DNA of 64,000 bases from Macrostomum lignano (GCA_002269645.1 NIVC01001295.1:1-64000); one strand, 5' to 3'; shown: positions 52,646 through 64,000, counted from the stretch's first letter. Translations and numbers: made by a program. The notes: generated from the letters alone by a model not told the origin.

Positions 52646-54726
52646 CCCGACCGAAAATATTTGTCCTTTCAAAAACAGTAAGTGTGCCAGTTGAGCCACA
52701 AATATGCTCTTTGACAGTTATAAATGTCGTTCTATGTCCTATTTGGCACACTTGACACAAATAGTATTTTTACTGCTAATTGGCCAACGAAACCATTTGG
52801 CACACTTGGCACACTTACTAGAAGTGTACCAGTTGTGCCACAGCTATACTATTTGACACAGTTATATAACTGTCTTGGACTGTCCTTCTTGGCACACTTG
52901 GCACGAATATCCTTTTTATAGCTAATTGGTTATTAAAACAGACTGGCACACTTGGCACACTTGCTACAATTGTACCAGTTGTGCCACAGCTATGACATTT
53001 GGCACAGTTATATAACTGTCTTGGACTGTCCTTCTTGGCACACTTGGCACGAATATCCTTTTTATAGCTAATTGGTTATTAAAACAGACTGGCACACTTA
53101 GCACACTTGCTACAATTGTACCAGTTGTGCCACAGCTATGACATTTGGCACAGTTATAGATGTCTTTGTCCTATTTGGCACATTTGGCTCAAATAACTTT
53201 TTTTATTGCTAATTACCTAACAAAACTGTTTGACACACACCCGGTGCAACTTGAACTGAGGCTGCGACGTCAGTAGCTTCGATTTCGGCAGATGACCGGC
53301 AGGTTTTCACTTACAACTTGCGGCATGATCTGCTCAGACGCTCGAAAATGGCGCAACCGCGTTTGATTGACGCCATTACAAAAGAACTAAACCAGCAGAT
53401 CACGCAGCATCTCGCCGTCCATCTAGATCAGCTCGTGGACCCAGCCGTCACAGTTGACAACATGCTGGTCGACGACAATAGAAAGAAATTATGCTACGGT
53501 AAGCAATTAATAGTCCTTCATTATGATCGCGCACATATCCTATTGTTACTCTCAAACGCTCTCCAATCCTTAAAGAACACGCATCTGCAGCCAATCGGTT
53601 TCGCCTTTAAGTCCAACGTCGCTCGGACCAGGGTTACGGCCCGAGTAAAGATATATAAAGAACCAACGACTCCGGCCAACCTCAATGCACTTCTCCGCGA
53701 GATGGTGCGGGGGTGCTTCAGCGACGACGAGCTTTTGGTAACGTCGTTGCGCGGTCGCGCTACTGAGCCTGGTCGGCCACGCCTGCTACCTGGCTGGAAT
53801 CGACATCCCAACCAATATGAAAGCGATTGAAAAGGCCTACGTCCGATGCTCCATCACCGTCAGTCGGCGTGAAAAGCAGTCCGGACGTTTGCCTGTAAAG
53901 AAACTTCGTCAAGGTGCGGCTGCCAATGTCACTGACACTGTGCAGTCGGAGGCGGCTAATGCACCTCACGAGGACTTAGCGCGGAATGTCTACTGTTGCT
54001 TCTAGCAAAACTAAACTTGTTTTGCAGATGCGGGACCCGTCTAGCTTGGCCTGTCTCCCTCATTACTATAGTTAGTTCCAGACTCGTAAATTACAATAGC
54101 ACCAGGAATCAGGCTTGTTGTCTAACTAAAAAAGTATAGGGGTACAGGGGTATTGGAGCTGGTTTCACTAATTGCTTGTTTTTCGTCTAGTTGTTTGTTT
54201 GTGCTTTTTTAATTAGTGTATACAGTAGATGTATAAATTTTGTTACATTAAACTCCCGTGCCGCGTGTAGTTGACTCAGTAGTTAATTTGTTACATTGCA
54301 TGTTTTGGTTTAAAATGTATTAGAAGTGTAAACTCTTTGGCTGGCACCACAATTTTCATGCACCGCACTTTTTACTTACGTTGTTTTTTGTTTCTGTCCA
54401 ATGTCCGCTGTCTGTTATGTTTCTTTCCAATAACTTCTAGTATGCATTTTTTATTTCCGCAGCCTCCCCTTTTTCTTGTTTTATACACGTTTTTTGTCCT
54501 ATTTGCTACTTCCCAGTTGGTGGCAAAGTTGTGGCATAGTAGTGCACAATTAAAAAATTGATTCTTAATTGTGTCACATGAGCCAATTGGGACAGCTTGG
54601 CACAGCTGTGCCACCAATTGTCGATTGACTCCATTTTCGTCTCGATTCGACAGTTATTTTGCGCTCGCTCTAATTAATTTTTATGCGCCATTTAACGCAT
54701 TTAAAGGGCAAATATTTTTGGTCGGG
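52646..54726. mobile_element. Non-autonomous TIR DNA transposon (2081 bp) with CCC termini, TA flanks and a cargo ORF
   Basis: Left TIR CCCGACCGAAAATATTTGTCCTTT (52646-52669) vs reverse complement of the right end CCCGACCAAAAATATTTGCCCTTT (54703-54726), 22/24. TA on both sides (52644-45, 54727-28). Subterminal TGGCAC/GTGCCA motifs, including a 146-bp x~3.5 array at ~52700-53240. Confidence 0.8.
53318..54005 (+). pseudogene. Disrupted BEN-domain-like cargo ORF inside the TIR element
   Basis: ORF 53318-53830 ends in LLREMVRGCFSDDELLVTSLRGRATEPGRPRLLP, matching the BEN pattern L..LF..EEL...SL.G.....P.LDP. The next frame (53817-54005) supplies MKAIEKAYVRCSITVSRREK, like the last BEN helix. Motif similarity is by eye only. 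Confidence 0.45.
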
Positions 54727-55249
54727 TAGCTACGCTCGTATTTATAATTAATTCTATTAGAAATATATTTTTTAGCAATAAAATAAACGTCAAGTTCAGT
54801 GTTGGCGTATCATTAATGGTACTATTACAGTTACATATTATGCGTAAGTATTCAATTTCGAACCGAGTTAGCAAGAGCTACTGTACACAATAAACTAGCA
54901 AAATTCGAAGTTTTCTTAGATGTACGCAAAACACAGGGTTGAAAGAATGGCAAAAAATTATAAATTTTAGTCAAAAGCCAAAACGTCAAAAAGACACGGT
55001 CCAACGCTTGCTTCGCGTTTGTTAAGAAAATAATGGAAAGTTCTGTTTACATTGAATTTTTTAGATTTTAGCAGGGACATGGATCTCCATAGTGACAAAT
55101 CGGTTAAAAACAGATTTTGCGTAGAGCTCATAAAGGTTGGCTTGTTCTTTAGAGAAGCCCATTGGACATTAAAGTTTCTCAAAAGGTATTTCTAATTCTG
55201 CTTGGAGCTCAGCACGTATCATCAACAGCAGAGGTATCTGCAGACTGTG

Positions 55250-55932
55250 CCAGTCTCCCACAAGCTGTCACCACGTACACAAACAGGTTCCAGTCTCCCA
55301 CAAGCTGTCACCACGTACACAACAGGTTCCAGTCTCCCACAAGCTGTCACCACGTACACAAACAGGTTCCAGTCTCCCACAAGCTGTCACCACGTACACA
55401 AACAGGTTCCAGTCTCCCACAAGCTGTCACCACATACACAAACAGGTTCCAGTCTCCCACAAGCTGTCACCACGTACACAAACAGGTTCCAGTCTCCCAC
55501 AAGCTGTCACCACGTACACAAACAGGTTCCAGTCTCCCACAAGCTGTCACCACATACACAAACAGGTTCCAGTCTCCCACAAGCTGTCACCACGTACACA
55601 AACAGGTTCCAGTCTCCCACAAGCTGTCACCACGTACACAAACAGGTTCCAGTCTCCCACAAGCTGTCACCACGTACACAAACAGGTTCCAGTCTCCCAC
55701 AAGCTGTCACCACGTACACAAACAGGTTCCAGTCTCCCACAAGCTGTCACCACGTACACAAACAGGTTCCAGTCTCCCACAAGCTGTCACCACGTACACA
55801 AACAGGTTCCAGTCTCCCACAAGCTGTCACCACGTACACAAACAGGTTCCAGTCTCCCACAAGCTGTCACCACGTACACAAACAGGTTCCAGTCTCCCAC
55901 AAGCTGTCACCACGTACGCAAACAGGTTCCAG
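55250..55932. repeat. 40-bp minisatellite (~17 copies)
   Basis: Unit CAGTCTCCCACAAGCTGTCACCACGTACACAAACAGGTTC. Confidence 0.96.
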
Positions 55933-56227
55933 AGGAAAAGGGATTGCAGGTGACTTAGGAGAGTTTCCAGGGTCTATAGAGTTTTGTGTCTGAAAGGAAA
56001 AACCTTAGTTTCCTATGCCACGCCTAAGTACTAGCAGACATTCTGAGGTCTCTAAATGAGCAAACGTTTTCAGAAAATTCGTTGAAAACAAGTCGGAGAG
56101 TACTTTAAGAGCTTTGTGTAGGAACAATTGTCAGCAAAGGAAGGCGATCAGATGAACTCAGAAACACTTCGAGATTGTTCATCGCCACCAACACAGGTTA
56201 AAACCTCTTGAATTCCTGCGGGCGCAC

Positions 56228-59200
56228 CTACGATGACTTTTGTTCTCTGTTGTCCCTTTCGATGTCGTTTATTATTTTAGTGAACACAAGTTCGTTTTGA
56301 ATCTCTGAGGTTAATTTTTCATCTTCAAAGGCAGAGCCGACTTTACTGCTGCTTTTGTTATTGTAAATTGTTTTATTGGTTGACTTGTCATGAGTATTAT
56401 TGCCGAGCTTCTTTTTCGAAATTCCATCGCGGACTTGAGAATTAAACTTTGATGCGTCTAGCTTTCTCTTACAATAGGAAAATATTGTTTTAAGCCAAAC
56501 AGTTATAAAATGTTTAAGCTCATTTATCTCCATCCTAAAATTACTTTCAGCAAATCTGTGCTGTGTTTTTGAATTTAAAGGTTTTTCAACTTTCTCCTTC
56601 TTCTTCATGACTTCAGGCTCCAACTTCTCTCTGGAATAAGCCAGTGAAAATACGAAATTAACATTGGCAAACTATGGAGAAACTTGTAGCAAGACAAGAT
56701 GCAAAGCTTACCCGTATGAAAATTTGGAAAAGATATCCTCTTCTTTGATTTTCTTGTTGCTTCCTTGAGGTTCATCTGAAGATCTTTCACCAGACTGCCG
56801 TTCCCGGAAAGACTTCAAACGTTTTAGCAAGTCCAAAATCTCAGCGTTGTCTCCCGTTTCAGCCAGTGAAAACACTGAATGACCTTCAAAGTTTTCGATA
56901 CCAAAACTGGCTCCTTCATTCATCAGTTCCTCCACGGCGATCTCGCTCTCCGCCTCAACGGCCAAGTGCAGCGCCGTGTTGCCGGAAAAGTCGACCGCAT
57001 CCAGCAGTTCGCGACTCTTTTTGACACTTACTTTGATGGCTTTTTGGACGCACTTCTCTGCCGCTTTGGGATCCGCCATGTCGCCACTCGCCATCGCCGC
57101 CAGCATTAACGGCGTGCGGCCCTCCCAATCGTGGTAGGCGCACTTGTCTGCGGTGAGTTGCTCGCAGAAAGCCGCAACATCGTCGCTATAAATCAGTTCA
57201 GCCAGATCGACCACTTCCTGGAAGCGAATGTTGCTCAAATGGGTTTACAAGTGCAAGCTATGAAATGGAATGAGTTAAAGAGCTACTAAGGCACCTACGA
57301 GTACTTACCGAGATAGAGTCATCAGGAGTTCCAAACTTTTCTCTGAAATAATACGTCAAAATTTTATAATTCTTCTGGTTTCTACTGCGCGTCGTTGGTT
57401 ATGTTTTTAGATCAGCAAATTGTTTTTGCAAGTAAAGAGTACTATTAAAATGGCTGAAATTGTAGTATTAGCCTTACGTAATTATGTAGGAGCAAAAGTC
57501 GCTGCGGTCTTGCTTCCAAGCTCGCCAAAATATCTCTGACAGTCGCATGAACTCATGCCTGTCTGCATCGAACAGCTTCGTCTGTTGGCCGATGAGCAGC
57601 TGGAGAGTTTCCAGATCGCAGGACTCTAAAGCGCCGTCTAGAATTCTGAGCTCGTTGGGCTGCATCTGCTCCGAGCAGCCCGGGTATCCTTTCTTGAGCA
57701 GCAGCTTGACAATATCACTCATGCCTTCCTCAACACCAAGCAGAAGCAAAGAGAACTTGGCATCGGTGTCGATGGATTCCGCGGTTGAACACTGAAGAAG
57801 TTTTCCCACCCGCTCCAGTTCCCCAGCCAAAATGGCCTCCTTAAATTCTCGGAATAAGAAATCAGCATCTTCACATTTGCCTTTGGAGTCTTGTTGACTG
57901 CCGGCAGGAACGCTGGTCTGTGAATGCAAAAACGTTTGAATAATGAGACAACATGAGCTCAAGGTAAGAAAACATGTGACTTTCGAAAATCTCAACATCT
58001 GCATGGTCAGTGGGTAAGAATGTACTAGCTCGTGACATAAGCACTGACCAGATTTAGAGAAGATTTGGTCGCAGATTTGACAGTGGCCACTGCAGATTTT
58101 TCTGTCCTAAAATTAGTGTAAAGCGTCTCGTTTGTAGTCTCATCCTCAACAAAACTTCATTGAATGGTGAAATATTAAAAAAATAATGAACTTACTTCTC
58201 ACGGGCACGCAATGAGTCCAGCACATGTAGCGTGGAGCGACAAGGCACGAACACGCAGTCGAGCTGAAAATTTGCATCAACCTTTTTCCGTGATGAAGCA
58301 TCGCAAAGCCTGATGACTGCAGAGAGAAACTGATCATCCTTGTACACATCGAGACCTCCATTGCACAGGACATCTAGCTGGCTGTAGAAGTTTCTCATAC
58401 AAAAATCGAAGACCACTGCGTGAATTTGCATTTTGCGGCTTTCATAGTGGATGGACAGACAGCAAGTGCTGTGATTCGGTAGCCTCCGACGCTGCATCTC
58501 GACACCGATTTTGTTCAGGTACCAGTTGCAGAGCTCTAACTCGTTGTACATGACGCAAAGTATTTTTTTGCTGTCGCCTGTATCCAAAGCGCGCTTGAAT
58601 TCCTCTTCGAATTGGAGGCTGTCTGGCTCGTAATTCATTAGATATAACGGAGTTATTGATCCCTGATCCACAGTGAGGCTGCATGATCGCTGGTCAATTG
58701 TATCCAGTGTTGCCCCCACCTCGGAGACTCCCGGAACTCTCGAGAAGTGACAGAACATAAACCCGCAGGCAAGAAAATACTCACAGTCTTCTGGCTTCAG
58801 CTTCAAGCCGAGTAGTCTCTCGCCGGTCACCGGATCACACTGAATCGCCAGACTTTTGATGTTGCATGCGCAGACGCACTCGGATGCGAATTTGCACAAA
58901 TCATAGAAAAGCAATTCGAGCGTCACTTCCAACTCCTGGAATTCCTCGGTATGACAGGCGAATCTACTTATCTCTACTGTGATCGGAAATTGTGCCGGAT
59001 TCCATAGCAGCGAGTGATCCCTTGTTTGCAAACTTGGTCGACTTGGCGAGCTCTGATTAGCGTCTCTTCTACGAAAAAATATGATGAAAGGCTCTTTGCT
59101 TTTAGGCACTGCTCTCTGAGAATCGTCTTCTTTTATAGACAGCTTCAGCGACGGCCCGTCATGAGTTTTGACCGGCTGCCTCAGCTTTGGGGAAAACTCT

Positions 59201-59274
59201 TCTGAAATTACTCGTATTTTACATGATTCGAGAACTTTGGTAAAAGCTTCGCTGTATAATGGCTGCAGTGTCAT
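56228..59274 (-). CDS. Uncharacterised 839-aa protein: unknown Cys-rich N-terminal domain plus ankyrin repeats, 6 exons
   Basis: Minus-strand exons 59274-58196, 58106-58049, 57917-57478, 57342-57309, 57217-56712, 56630-56228; all GT-AG with matching phases (2520 nt). Ankyrin motifs EGRTPLMLAA, SGNTALHLAV..., EGHSVFSLA, plus degenerate repeats in exon 3. Confidence 0.8.
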
Positions 59275-59823
59275 TCTGTTAGCTTCTCAAATGTACGAGC
59301 GTAGCTTTGCTGCTTCAATGCTTTTTTTGAAAATGATTTTGCTACGTACTGTAACTGCTGCAACTGAGAGATGTATGTCTACCCCCAGATTCTACGCAGC
59401 TACATGTATAATATATAGAACCTCTCGACTCAGCACTGTCCCTGCCAGTATACAATGCAATGCAAGAGAGTCCATGGGCGTCCCAACCGCCGCTCCAAAA
59501 TGTGAAACGTCATTGCCGCTCATTGGCTGGGGGATGGGGGCGCAATAAACCGCTGTATCGCTGTCTCATTGTATCCAAAATTTCCGTCTATTGTGTTCTG
59601 TAGCCCTGGGCAATGAAAATTTACAAAAGAATATCGTACATACCATGGCTGACTGTACAATACATTGAAAGACGCGTTCTAATAAGGTACTCACTTAGTC
59701 TTTAAATTATTATACGACACAGACTACTAAGATTTGCATGGGTTAAACTGCAACTTGGCATACACAATAGCTATCGTCTACTGAATCACAGGGCGACTTC
59801 ATCTGTCTATTTTCAATGCCCAA
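59275..59823. promoter_or_regulatory. Putative bidirectional promoter between two divergent genes
   Basis: 549 bp between opposing ATGs; GC-richer core at ~59470-59550 with ATTGG/CCAAT (59522-59526); possible 5' UTR intron 59687-59791 for the + gene. Confidence 0.45.
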
Positions 59824-61743
59824 ATGAGTTCAGCAGAGGGATCTAATTGTAGCATTGCACGGCAAATTCAAGCCGAGTTAGATTTAAAAACAATTTCAGA
59901 GCTGGAAAAATTAAACTTTAATCCAGAGAACTTCGCTGATCGATTATACTTCGGTAGACGCGTCGTCATCGAAGTACTTCTCTATGCTTGCCTCAAAGAT
60001 TCTCAACCGGTTATTTACAATAGACTGGTAAACCTGTTTGACAGGTTCACGAGAGCCTGCGAAGGTGATTGTAAGGAACTGAGCAAGCAAAACTTCGGCC
60101 GACCACTGCTGCGATGCCTGCAGACGGTAGATTCAAATTTGCTTTTGAAGGGACAAAATGGAACCCACGATTCCGTGCGTCTGTGGTTGATGCATTCCCA
60201 GACCGCCAAGGCCGGCCAGCAGCAGTCAGAGCACACGGTGGAGCCGCATGAAGAGCAGAGCCAGCAGCGGCAGTCAGAGCACACGGTGGAGCCGCATGAA
60301 GAGCAGAGCCAGCAGCGGCAGTCAGAGCACACGGTGGAGCCGCATGAAGAGCAGAGCCAGCAGCGGCAGTCAGAGCACACGGTGGAGCCGCATGAAGAGC
60401 AGAGCCAGCAGCAGTCAGAGCACACGGTGGAGCCGCATGAAGAGCAGAGCCAGCAGCGGCAGTCAGAGCACACGGTGGAGCCGCATGAAGAGCAGAGCCA
60501 GCAGCAGTCAGAGCACACGGTGGAGCCGCATGAAGAGCAGAGCCAGCAGCTGCCAGAGCACACGGTGGAGCCGCATGAAGAGCAGAGCCAGCAGCAGTCA
60601 GAGCACACGGTGGAGCCGCATGAAGAGCAGAGCCAGCAGCAGTCAGAGCACACGGTGGAGTCGCATGCAGAGCAGAGCCAGCAGCAGTCAGAGCACACGG
60701 AGGAGTCGCATGCAGAGCAGAGCCTGCAGCAGTCAGAGCACACGGAGGAGTCGCATGAAGAGCAGAGCCTGCAGCAGTCAGAGCACACGGAGGAGTCGCA
60801 TGCAGAGCAGAGCCAGCAGCAGTCAGAGCACACGGTGGAGTCGCATGCAGAGCAGAGCCAGCAGCACTCAGAGCACACGGTGGAGCCGCATGAAGAGCAG
60901 CGCCAGCGAAAGCCAGACGAAGAGAATGAAACTCATTCGGCCATTTTGGAAGTCCCAGACGGCTACACGGATTGCAGAATCTCAGCCCTACTGTACCTCA
61001 TCATCAGTGAAATGACTGATGCATTCCTAGAGTCCAAACGCCTTGCAGTCGAGATCCCCTGTTTCGTTGAAATGTTCTTCTATAGTAGTGATAATAACCG
61101 AAATAGCCTTCCCGCGCTACTCGGTGAGTTTTTTGCTCTAAGCCGACTGTGCTTTCACGAAGAATACTACGTTGATAAGAAATTCCGGTATCGCTGTGTT
61201 ACAAAACAATTCGACTTCAGTATTGAGGACAGCAGTCGCAAGTCTGTAGCAAAAGTCAGCGTAAAGAGCGTCTGCTTTTGCTGCCCAAAGTTCTTCGACA
61301 CGACTGGAAAGAATCAGAGCTTTTTGTGGAATGCGAAGAGAGGAGAGCCGATGAAATTCGTGAGCTCTAGTGAAAAAAATAATATAAAAGCCAACATCCT
61401 GCTGCACAATTGCGACTGCAGATTCTGCATTGACAATCCAGTTCAAAAAGTGCAGGTCAGAGGTAGATTTAGCTCTGATAAAAATTGCGAGCGACACAAA
61501 GAGTTTTCAGAGATTGTAAAAGATCTGAAGAAGGGCACCGTGTACTTAATGCGCACCGAGATGGTGTTCGAACTCCGGTACGCTTTGGACAATGCAGAGG
61601 CTGAGAAATATGGACGATCAAAGCAGAGGAAGCTCCAGATGCGGGATCTTCTACGCAAAATTTTGAATCCAGAAGGAATTGACGGGCAGAAGGAAATCTC
61701 GGATCCAATAAATGTACTAGTTGACAGGTCATCTACCGAGTGA
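59824..61743 (+). CDS. Uncharacterised 639-aa protein with 15 copies of a His/Glu/Gln-rich 15-16-aa repeat
   Basis: Single open frame with non-repetitive, protein-like segments of ~130 aa (N) and ~275 aa (C, Cys-containing) around QSEHTVEPHEEQSQQ(R) x15 (~60220-60900). All unit lengths (45/48 bp) keep frame. No recognised domain. Confidence 0.72.
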   Translation: MSSAEGSNCSIARQIQAELDLKTISELEKLNFNPENFADRLYFGRRVVIEVLLYACLKDSQPVIYNRLVNLFDRFTRACEGDCKELSKQNFGRPLLRCLQTVDSNLLLKGQNGTHDSVRLWLMHSQTAKAGQQQSEHTVEPHEEQSQQRQSEHTVEPHEEQSQQRQSEHTVEPHEEQSQQRQSEHTVEPHEEQSQQQSEHTVEPHEEQSQQRQSEHTVEPHEEQSQQQSEHTVEPHEEQSQQLPEHTVEPHEEQSQQQSEHTVEPHEEQSQQQSEHTVESHAEQSQQQSEHTEESHAEQSLQQSEHTEESHEEQSLQQSEHTEESHAEQSQQQSEHTVESHAEQSQQHSEHTVEPHEEQRQRKPDEENETHSAILEVPDGYTDCRISALLYLIISEMTDAFLESKRLAVEIPCFVEMFFYSSDNNRNSLPALLGEFFALSRLCFHEEYYVDKKFRYRCVTKQFDFSIEDSSRKSVAKVSVKSVCFCCPKFFDTTGKNQSFLWNAKRGEPMKFVSSSEKNNIKANILLHNCDCRFCIDNPVQKVQVRGRFSSDKNCERHKEFSEIVKDLKKGTVYLMRTEMVFELRYALDNAEAEKYGRSKQRKLQMRDLLRKILNPEGIDGQKEISDPINVLVDRSSTE

Positions 61744-63039
61744 GGGAATTTGGACTCATCCGAACTTAGATGAGCCTACTGTGGTTACATGAAATGACAA
61801 GAAGTTGGTATTTTTATTTCGTAGTTCAGAGAACAGGCAAGCCTAATTGCAGTTTCGTATGAGCTGAAAGTGTGTTCTTATTCAAAGCTTTATAACTCAC
61901 ATGGATTAGAAATATTTTAAGCTCGCACTAGCTGGTTCAATTTTTGTTTTTGTATACTTTTTTAATAAATATGATTCGTTTGAATTCCCACAGTTAATTT
62001 TAGATGCATTGCATTATTTCCTGCGATAGCTTTTGCCAAGGACCTTTTAGGTACCAATTTACGCTCGCAAGTGTCTTTTTCAGTTTTTTGAGCGTCTGTC
62101 TCAGATTCTTTGGCTACAGCCGTACAAGTTAAAACTATTTAACCGTGATAGCAATTATTGCTAGAAATTAAACATATTTTCACAATCTCGTTGATTCTGC
62201 ACTTCGACAAATCCAGCAACCGTTTTAGTAACGTTTTGACTCTCGGTGGAGTGTACTGCATTGAGTGAACTGCAGTTTCGAAGCGTCTTCTTGCTAGCCC
62301 TCAAACTAACGCATGCTGTGTTCAGTTCATATTAAAATACAAAGTACTCGTAGTTTGATTAACAAATTTTCCTGTTTCAGTAGTGAAAAAGCACAAGTCT
62401 GCGTGTTTCTAAACTTATATTTTTGGCATGCGTTCCATCGGTAAATGATTTTGCCAAAGACAATTTCTGGGACGAATAAACTTTAAAGCAAAATTGGGGA
62501 CTCAAAATTCTATAATACTCGTAGATTTCCGCGCAACGCTTTTCTCTCCGTAAACGAAACCTGACTGCTGACCAGCAAAGCCAGGGCATGCAGGCACTGC
62601 AAGGTGCATTGGCCTCGCTGCTAACAAGCCTGCTGCAGCATATCAAGTGCAGAAGCACCGAACAGTGGAGTGAGAATGCGTACTGGAGGCGCAGGTACGA
62701 GCGCTCTGTCTGCCATTCGCATCTGCATTTTCTCGTTCCCTTTCGGCAGGCTTGCACTGTGCTCGCGGTTAGATGGAGGCTTTTATTTTACTGTAGAAAT
62801 TGATGCTCTTCATGAAACTAGAATAGGTGCGTCTATCTACTCAAGTCTAAGGCTGGAGTCCAAAGAAGCGACTCTACAATTGACGAGCTCTCGGCGGCTT
62901 CAAACTTCGCTGGAAACGATAAAAAAGGGCATCGTAAACACCTGCATTACTATCGGAGGCGACAGCTTCTAAACAAAGGGTCGTATGAATAAAAAAAAAA
63001 TCTTATGCAAAATGCGAGAGGTTATTGTATCCTGTAGAA

Positions 63040-63629
63040 CAGGGGTCGGCAAAATTTTTACCTCCAGGGCCAGATAGAGAACCCAGCGCATGACTGCGGG
63101 CCAGAGGAGGGGAGAGAGGAGAGGGAATACAGGAAGAAGGAGAGATAATAAAAAAAGAGAGATGACGAGAGGAGAGAAGAGATCAAATAGGAGAGGAGAG
63201 AGGAGGAGGAGAGGAGATTAAAAAAGAGGAGAGGAGAGGAGAGGAGAGGAGAGGAGAGGAAGAGAGGAGAGGAGAGGAGAGGAGAAGAGAGGAAGAGAGG
63301 AGAGGAAAGGAGGGGAGAGGAGAGGAGAGGAGAGGTGAGGAGAGGAAGAGAGGAGAGGAGAGGAGATGAGAGGAGAGGTGAGGAGAGGAAGAGAGGAGAG
63401 GACAGGAGAGGAGATGAGAGGAGAGGTGAGGAGAGGAAGAGAGGAGAGGAGAGGAGATGAGAGGAGATGAGAGGAGAGGAGAGGAGAGGAGAGGAGAGAC
63501 ACAAGCTTAGAAGAGACGCAAACCTTGAGCGGGCCGGATTGCTATTGTGAAGTTTCAAAGGATACGATGCCGGATAGAGAGGCTTTGCAGGCCGCATGTA
63601 GGCTGCGGGCCGGAGTTCGCCGACCCCTG
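63040..63629. mobile_element. Non-autonomous hAT (Charlie-like) element (590 bp) with an internal (AGAGG)n expansion
   Basis: TIR CAGGGGTCGGC(A/G)AA at both ends; perfect 8-bp TSD CTGTAGAA (63032-63039, 63630-63637); subterminal GCGGGCC motifs; purine microsatellite at ~63105-63500. Confidence 0.92.
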
Positions 63630-63814
63630 CTGTAGAATAAAATGTAGGTTACACTATTTAATGTAAATCTAATAGTAGAACACCCGGGCTGCGGTTGTGA
63701 CGCAATGCCTGTTCAGCACAAATTCGAAAGTACTCCATGGTGACACTCCATTACCTGCTTCAATTTCATCTTCATATTTGTTTTATGACAGACCAGTCAA
63801 AACCAAACCAGAAA

Positions 63815-64000
63815 TTGAATAAACCTACTCAGGAATTGATCAAACCTACTCAGGAATTGATCAAACCTACTCAGGAATTGATCAAACCTACTCAGGAATT
63901 AATCAAACCTACTCAGGAATTGATCAAACCTACTCAGGAATTAATCAAACCTACTCAGGAATTAATCAAACCTACTCAGGAATTGATCAAACCTACTCAG
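63815..64000. repeat. 21-bp minisatellite running off the window end
   Basis: Unit AATT(G/A)ATCAAACCTACTCAGG. Confidence 0.95.

Noticed and set aside
55162-55993. Two 263-aa ORFs across the 40-bp array
   Set aside because: The unit is not a multiple of 3 and simply lacks stops; the flanks give no protein-like sequence.
58196-58450. Faint resemblance of FQLDCVFVPCRSTLHVLDSL to the pre-helicase segment of HELZ/MOV10
   Set aside because: Similarity is marginal by eye and no Walker A or helicase core follows.

Overview
This is eukaryotic (animal) genomic DNA, not prokaryotic. GC-rich exons, GT-AG introns packed with private minisatellites, and AT-rich intergenic DNA resemble a Macrostomum-type flatworm genome (inference only). 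I reconstructed seven genes by hand. On the + strand: AP2M1 (3 exons), a short CCDC88/Girdin-Daple-like Hook-family protein (11 exons), an intronless PLEKHH/MAX-1-like PH-PH-MyTH4-FERM gene with a 1-nt frameshift, a Diaphanous formin (9 exons, two 1-nt frameshifts in C runs) and a C1GALT1-like galactosyltransferase (4 exons). The other two are a head-to-head orphan pair: an 839-aa ankyrin-repeat protein with an unrecognised N-terminal domain (-) and a 639-aa protein with a His/Glu-rich 15-mer repeat (+). Mobile DNA: four non-autonomous TIR elements with 8-bp TSDs (one holding a nested element), a tRNA-derived CORE-type SINE, and a 2.1-kb TIR element flanked by TA that carries a BEN-domain-like ORF but no transposase. 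Best leads: that BEN-like cargo element, intronic minisatellites whose repeat unit is the splice site itself, and the orphan divergent gene pair. Most ORFs in the supplied track are shadows of tandem repeats or of GC-rich exons.
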